Notes under the pieces: model-generated | What the model saw: only the letters and a program-made list of their open reading frames with translations | Databases searched by the model: none | What the model was told of the DNA's origin: nothing | NCBI RefSeq assembly: GCF_006345805.1 | Contig: NC_043007.1 | Span: forward strand, 15,562,001-15,626,000 | DNA length: 64,000 nucleotides | Reading direction: 5' to 3' | Origin: Octopus sinensis | Taxonomy: Eukaryota | Part shown: positions 60,108 to 64,000 of the stretch, piece by piece | How the letters are laid out: each line of letters begins with the position of its first letter | Position numbering within the stretch: position 1 is the stretch's first letter | Position numbers and translations under genes: made by a program

Positions 60108-60947
60108 TCATATATAAGATTCATATATAATCGGGTTATAACTCAGTAATCCTTTCTTTATTGACCACAAGGGCCGAATTTTGTGGGGAGGGGACTAGTC
60201 GATTACATCGACCCCAGTTTTTCACTGGCACTGGTACGACCCCGAAAAGATTTAATACATCTATTCATATATAAGTGTATTATGTATTTCAAAAATTTGA
60301 CAAAAACACAACAAACGGAAAATTTGTAGCTAAGCCCTCATTACTCAAAGTTCAAAAGATCCTTACAGTTTCGCGCCTTTTAATGTTGATAATGTTCACT
60401 TTTGATGGCGCTAGTGATAAAAAGCTACTGGGAATAGCTAACGAACGTACAGGATAATGACAATGACAAACAAGACAAACTAAAATAATTATAATAGTAA
60501 TACATATGCAACAAAAACAGCCGTGCGACCGCAAGACAGACGTGAATGGGGAAACGCAGAGGAAAATAAAAATGTCCTGTAGGATTGGAGACGAGAGAGA
60601 AAGATTGGGACGGATAGAAAATCAGAGCGAAGGGAGAAGTAAACAAAAACCGTGAAGGAAAAGAGTAAGAGCACAAGGAGCTGGCCAATGGTGAAGCGAA
60701 AAAGGATGAGAGAGGTTTAAATAGTCATGCGGTTCACGTGGTAATGAGAGGAGAGAGAAAGAGTCGTAGAGGGCAGAGGGACAGAAGCAACAGAGGAAAG
60801 TATTAGGGAGGGAAAGAGATAAAAAGAGAGAGGGAGGAAGGCTAAAGAGAGGCACAGAAAGAAAAAGAAACAGAAATAGTCGTCGCACAATAAGTATTCT
60901 AAGGATATTCTACAAATGAGTATAAAAAATAAGGAAAAAATTGTAAC

Positions 60948-61159
60948 ATGTATGTATGTATGTATGTATGTATGTATGTATGTATTTATGTATGTATGTA
61001 TGTATGTATGTATGTATGTATGTATGTATTTATGTATGTATGTATGTATGTATATGTATGTATGTATGTATGTATGTATTATGTATGTATGTATGTATGT
61101 ATGTATGTATGTATGTATGTATGTATGTATGTATGTATGTATGTATGTATGTATGTATG

Positions 61160-61191
<32 letters not shown>

Positions 61192-61573
61192 TGTATGTAT
61201 GTATGTATGTATTTATGTATGTATGTATGTATGTATGTATGTATGTATATGTATGTATGTATGTATGTATTTATGTATGTATGTATGTATGTATGCATGT
61301 ATGTATGTATGTATGTATGTATGTATGTATGTATGTATGTATGTATGTATGTATGTATGTATGTATGTATGTATGTATGTATGTATGTATGTATGTATGT
61401 ATGTATGTATGTATGTATGCATGTATGCATGTATGTATGTATGCATGTATGTATGTATGTATGTATGTATATGTATGTATGTATGTATGTATGATGTATG
61501 TATGTAGTATTATGTATGTATGTATGTATGGTATGTATGTAATGTATGTATGTATGATATGTATGTATGTATG

Positions 61574-61605
<32 letters not shown>

Positions 61606-61842
61606 TGTGTGTATGTATGTGTAGTATGTATGTATGTATGTATGTATGTATATGTATGTATGTATGTATGTAGTAGTATGTATGTATGTAGGTATGTATG
61701 TATGTATGTATGTATGTATGTATGTATGTATGTATGGATGTATGTATGTATGTATGTATGTATATGTATGTTGTATGTATGTTGTATGTATGTATGTATG
61801 TATGTATGTATGTATGTATATGTATGTATGTATGTATGTATG

Positions 61843-61874
<32 letters not shown>

Positions 61875-61908
61875 TGTATGTATGTATGTATGTATGTATG
61901 TATGTATG

Positions 61909-61940
<32 letters not shown>

Positions 61941-62292
61941 TGTTGTATGTATGTATGTATGTTGTATTGTTATGTATGTATTGTATGTATGTAGGATGTA
62001 TGTATGTATGTATGTATGTATGTTGTATGTATGTAGATGTATGTATGTATGTATGTATGCATGTATGTATGTATGTATGATATATGTATGTATGATGTAG
62101 TATGTATGTATGCATGTATGTATGTATGTATGTATGTATGTATGCAGTAGTATGTATGTATGTATGTATGTTATGTATGTATGTATGTATGTGTGTATGC
62201 ATGTATGTATGTATGTATGGTGTATGCATGTAGTATGTATGTATGTATGTATGTATGTATGCATGTATGTATGTATGCATGTATGTATGTAT
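60948..62292. repeat. ~1.35-kb (TATG)n tetranucleotide array
   Basis: Seen directly. It is nearly pure to ~61490 and more interrupted after that. A (GATA)n run follows at ~62508-62572. Confidence 0.98.
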
Positions 62293-62507
62293 AAACATAC
62301 GTATAGTTCTGTCCGCTAGAAATATCCACATTTATATGGAGCGCTTCTAGATAAAAGGAAAACAAAAAGCGATAGAAAATTAACACCGATTCAAATAGCC
62401 TTTGAATGAAATATTTATTTCGGCAACATTTATATAAACCACAAATAAATCTATATTAGAGAGAAGGGAGAGAAAAGAGAGAGAGGGAGAAGTAGGTAGG
62501 TAGGTAA

Positions 62508-62573
<66 letters not shown>

Positions 62574-62819
62574 GTGTGTGCGTCTGTGTTTGTCCTCCAT
62601 CTCTGCTTTTTAAAAAAGGTGGTTGTTTGATTACCTCAAAAATAACTTAATGATCCGGCAAAAGAGAGAGTGGAATGAGTACCAGGCTTTAAAATGAACA
62701 TGACTACCCAGACGAATTCATTCGACTAAAAATCTTCAAGGAGGTGCCCCAGCATGGCCGCATTTTAATGACTGGAACCTCAGTATAAAAAGAGAAACCT
62801 CAGTATAATCGGGTCATAA

Positions 62820-63660
62820 CACAGTAATCCTTTCTTTACTGACCACAAGGGCCGAACATTTGTGGGAAGGAGACTAGTCAATTACATCGACCCTAGTGTT
62901 TCACTGGTACTTAATTTATCGACCCCAAAAAGATGAAAGCAAAGTCGGCCTCGGCGGAATTTGAACTCAGAATGTAGCGAAGGGCGAAATACGGCTAAGT
63001 AGTCCGGCTAGCGTGATAACGATTCTTATTTCTTTATTGCCCACAAGGGGATAAACATAGAGGGGGCAAACAAGGACAGAGAAAGGGATTAAGTCGATTA
63101 CATCGACCCCAGTGCATAACTGGTACTTAATTTATCGACCCCGAAAGGATGAAAGGCAAAGTCGACCTCGGCGGAATTTGAAATCAGAACGTAACAGCAA
63201 ACGAAATGCCTATTTTTTTACTACCCACAAGGGGTTAAACGCAGAGAGGTTAAACAAGGACAGACAAAGGGATTAAGTCGATTATATCGACCCCAGTGCG
63301 TAGGCAGAATCGTTAGCACGCCGGGCGAAATGCGTAGCCGTATTTCGTCTGTCGTTACGTTGTGAGTTCAAATCCCGCCGAGGTGGACTTTGCCTTTCAT
63401 CCTTTCGGGTTCGATAAATTAAGTACCAGTTACGCACTGGGGTCGATGTAATCGACTTAATACCTATGTCTGTCCTTGTTTGTCCCCTCTGTGTTTAGCC
63501 CCTTGTGGGTAATAAAGAAATAGGTACATATTTAATCAACCCCGAAAGGATGAAAGGCAAAGTCGACCTCGGCGGAATTTGAACTCAGAACGTAGCGGCC
63601 GACGAAATACTGCTAAGCATTTCGCCCGGCGTGCTAACGTTTCTGCCAGCTCGCCGCCTT
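62820..63660. mobile_element. Nested cluster of SINE family A copies (three on the minus strand, one plus-strand copy inserted into the last)
   Basis: The minus copy breaks at CCCCAGTGCGTA (~63302). A plus copy runs 63303-63526, and the minus copy resumes at ~63527 to CTCGCCGCCTT (63660). Confidence 0.9.
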
Positions 63661-63791
63661 ACAAGAAACACAGGAATGAAGACAAAATCAGTGTCACAGT
63701 AATAGAAACCTGTTGCCCAATAAATGTCACATAACACAAAATATTACAATCTAGTTAGGAACCTGATGATGTTTTAGCTTTAGCTTTATAA

Positions 63792-64000
63792 CTAGCAGTA
63801 TCGTCCGGCGTTGCTCGGGTTGTTTCGACCCTTTAGAATTGGAATTTTTGAAAAGTAAAAATTTCGGATTATGTAGCTTGTTATTCTCTTTAACTGAACA
63901 TTTTTCTGGTTGAAATACACCGAAAAATAGCGACACAGCAGTCAAAACATCGTAAAAAATAGGGATTTTCATAGAAAAAAAAGCACTTTTTTAATGTAAA
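63792..64000 (-). mobile_element. Helitron 3' end (element runs off the window)
   Basis: A|CTAGCAGTATCGTCCGGCGTTGCTCGGG is the reverse complement of the 3' terminus of 59715-60107 with 1 mismatch. The interior sequence is different. Confidence 0.8.

Noticed and set aside
60260-60415. Further Helitron (TC at ~60260, CTAG at ~60412)
   Set aside because: There is no subterminal hairpin and no similarity to the other Helitron ends.
60717-62331. 515-aa and other long HTYI/MYVC-repeat ORFs
   Set aside because: They are translations of the (TATG)n array.

Overview
Eukaryotic, AT-rich, repeat-saturated animal DNA, most likely from an octopus. That call rests on my recognition of the SINE families and the microsatellite load, not on a database search. 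I find no protein-coding gene that I can name. Every long ORF in the supplied track is a microsatellite or SINE read-through. The window holds about 50 copies or fragments of at least four tRNA-derived SINE families, given working labels A-D here; several have intact 12-21 bp target-site duplications (TSDs). It also holds three non-autonomous Helitrons with TC...CTAG ends, a hAT (Buster/Charlie-type) MITE with an 8-bp TSD, a Tigger-like MITE, a young 90-bp minisatellite, an element found almost only inside (AAT)n tracts, and very large simple-repeat arrays. The most striking structure is at 46886-48273: a 1.39-kb head-to-head composite bounded by a perfect 13-bp direct repeat. It joins a tRNA-like Pol III head, an (AAT)n linker and a tail carrying a minimal type I hammerhead ribozyme of the kind known from Penelope-like elements (PLEs). 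A second, unrelated inverted hammerhead pair lies at 31.45-31.81 kb, and a third PLE-like palindrome at 3.57-3.85 kb. A plausible minus-strand promoter with a first exon ending in ATG lies at about 38.76-39.0 kb, and a few isolated candidate exons are listed at low confidence. Coordinates were counted by hand, and the boundaries of degenerate copies are approximate.
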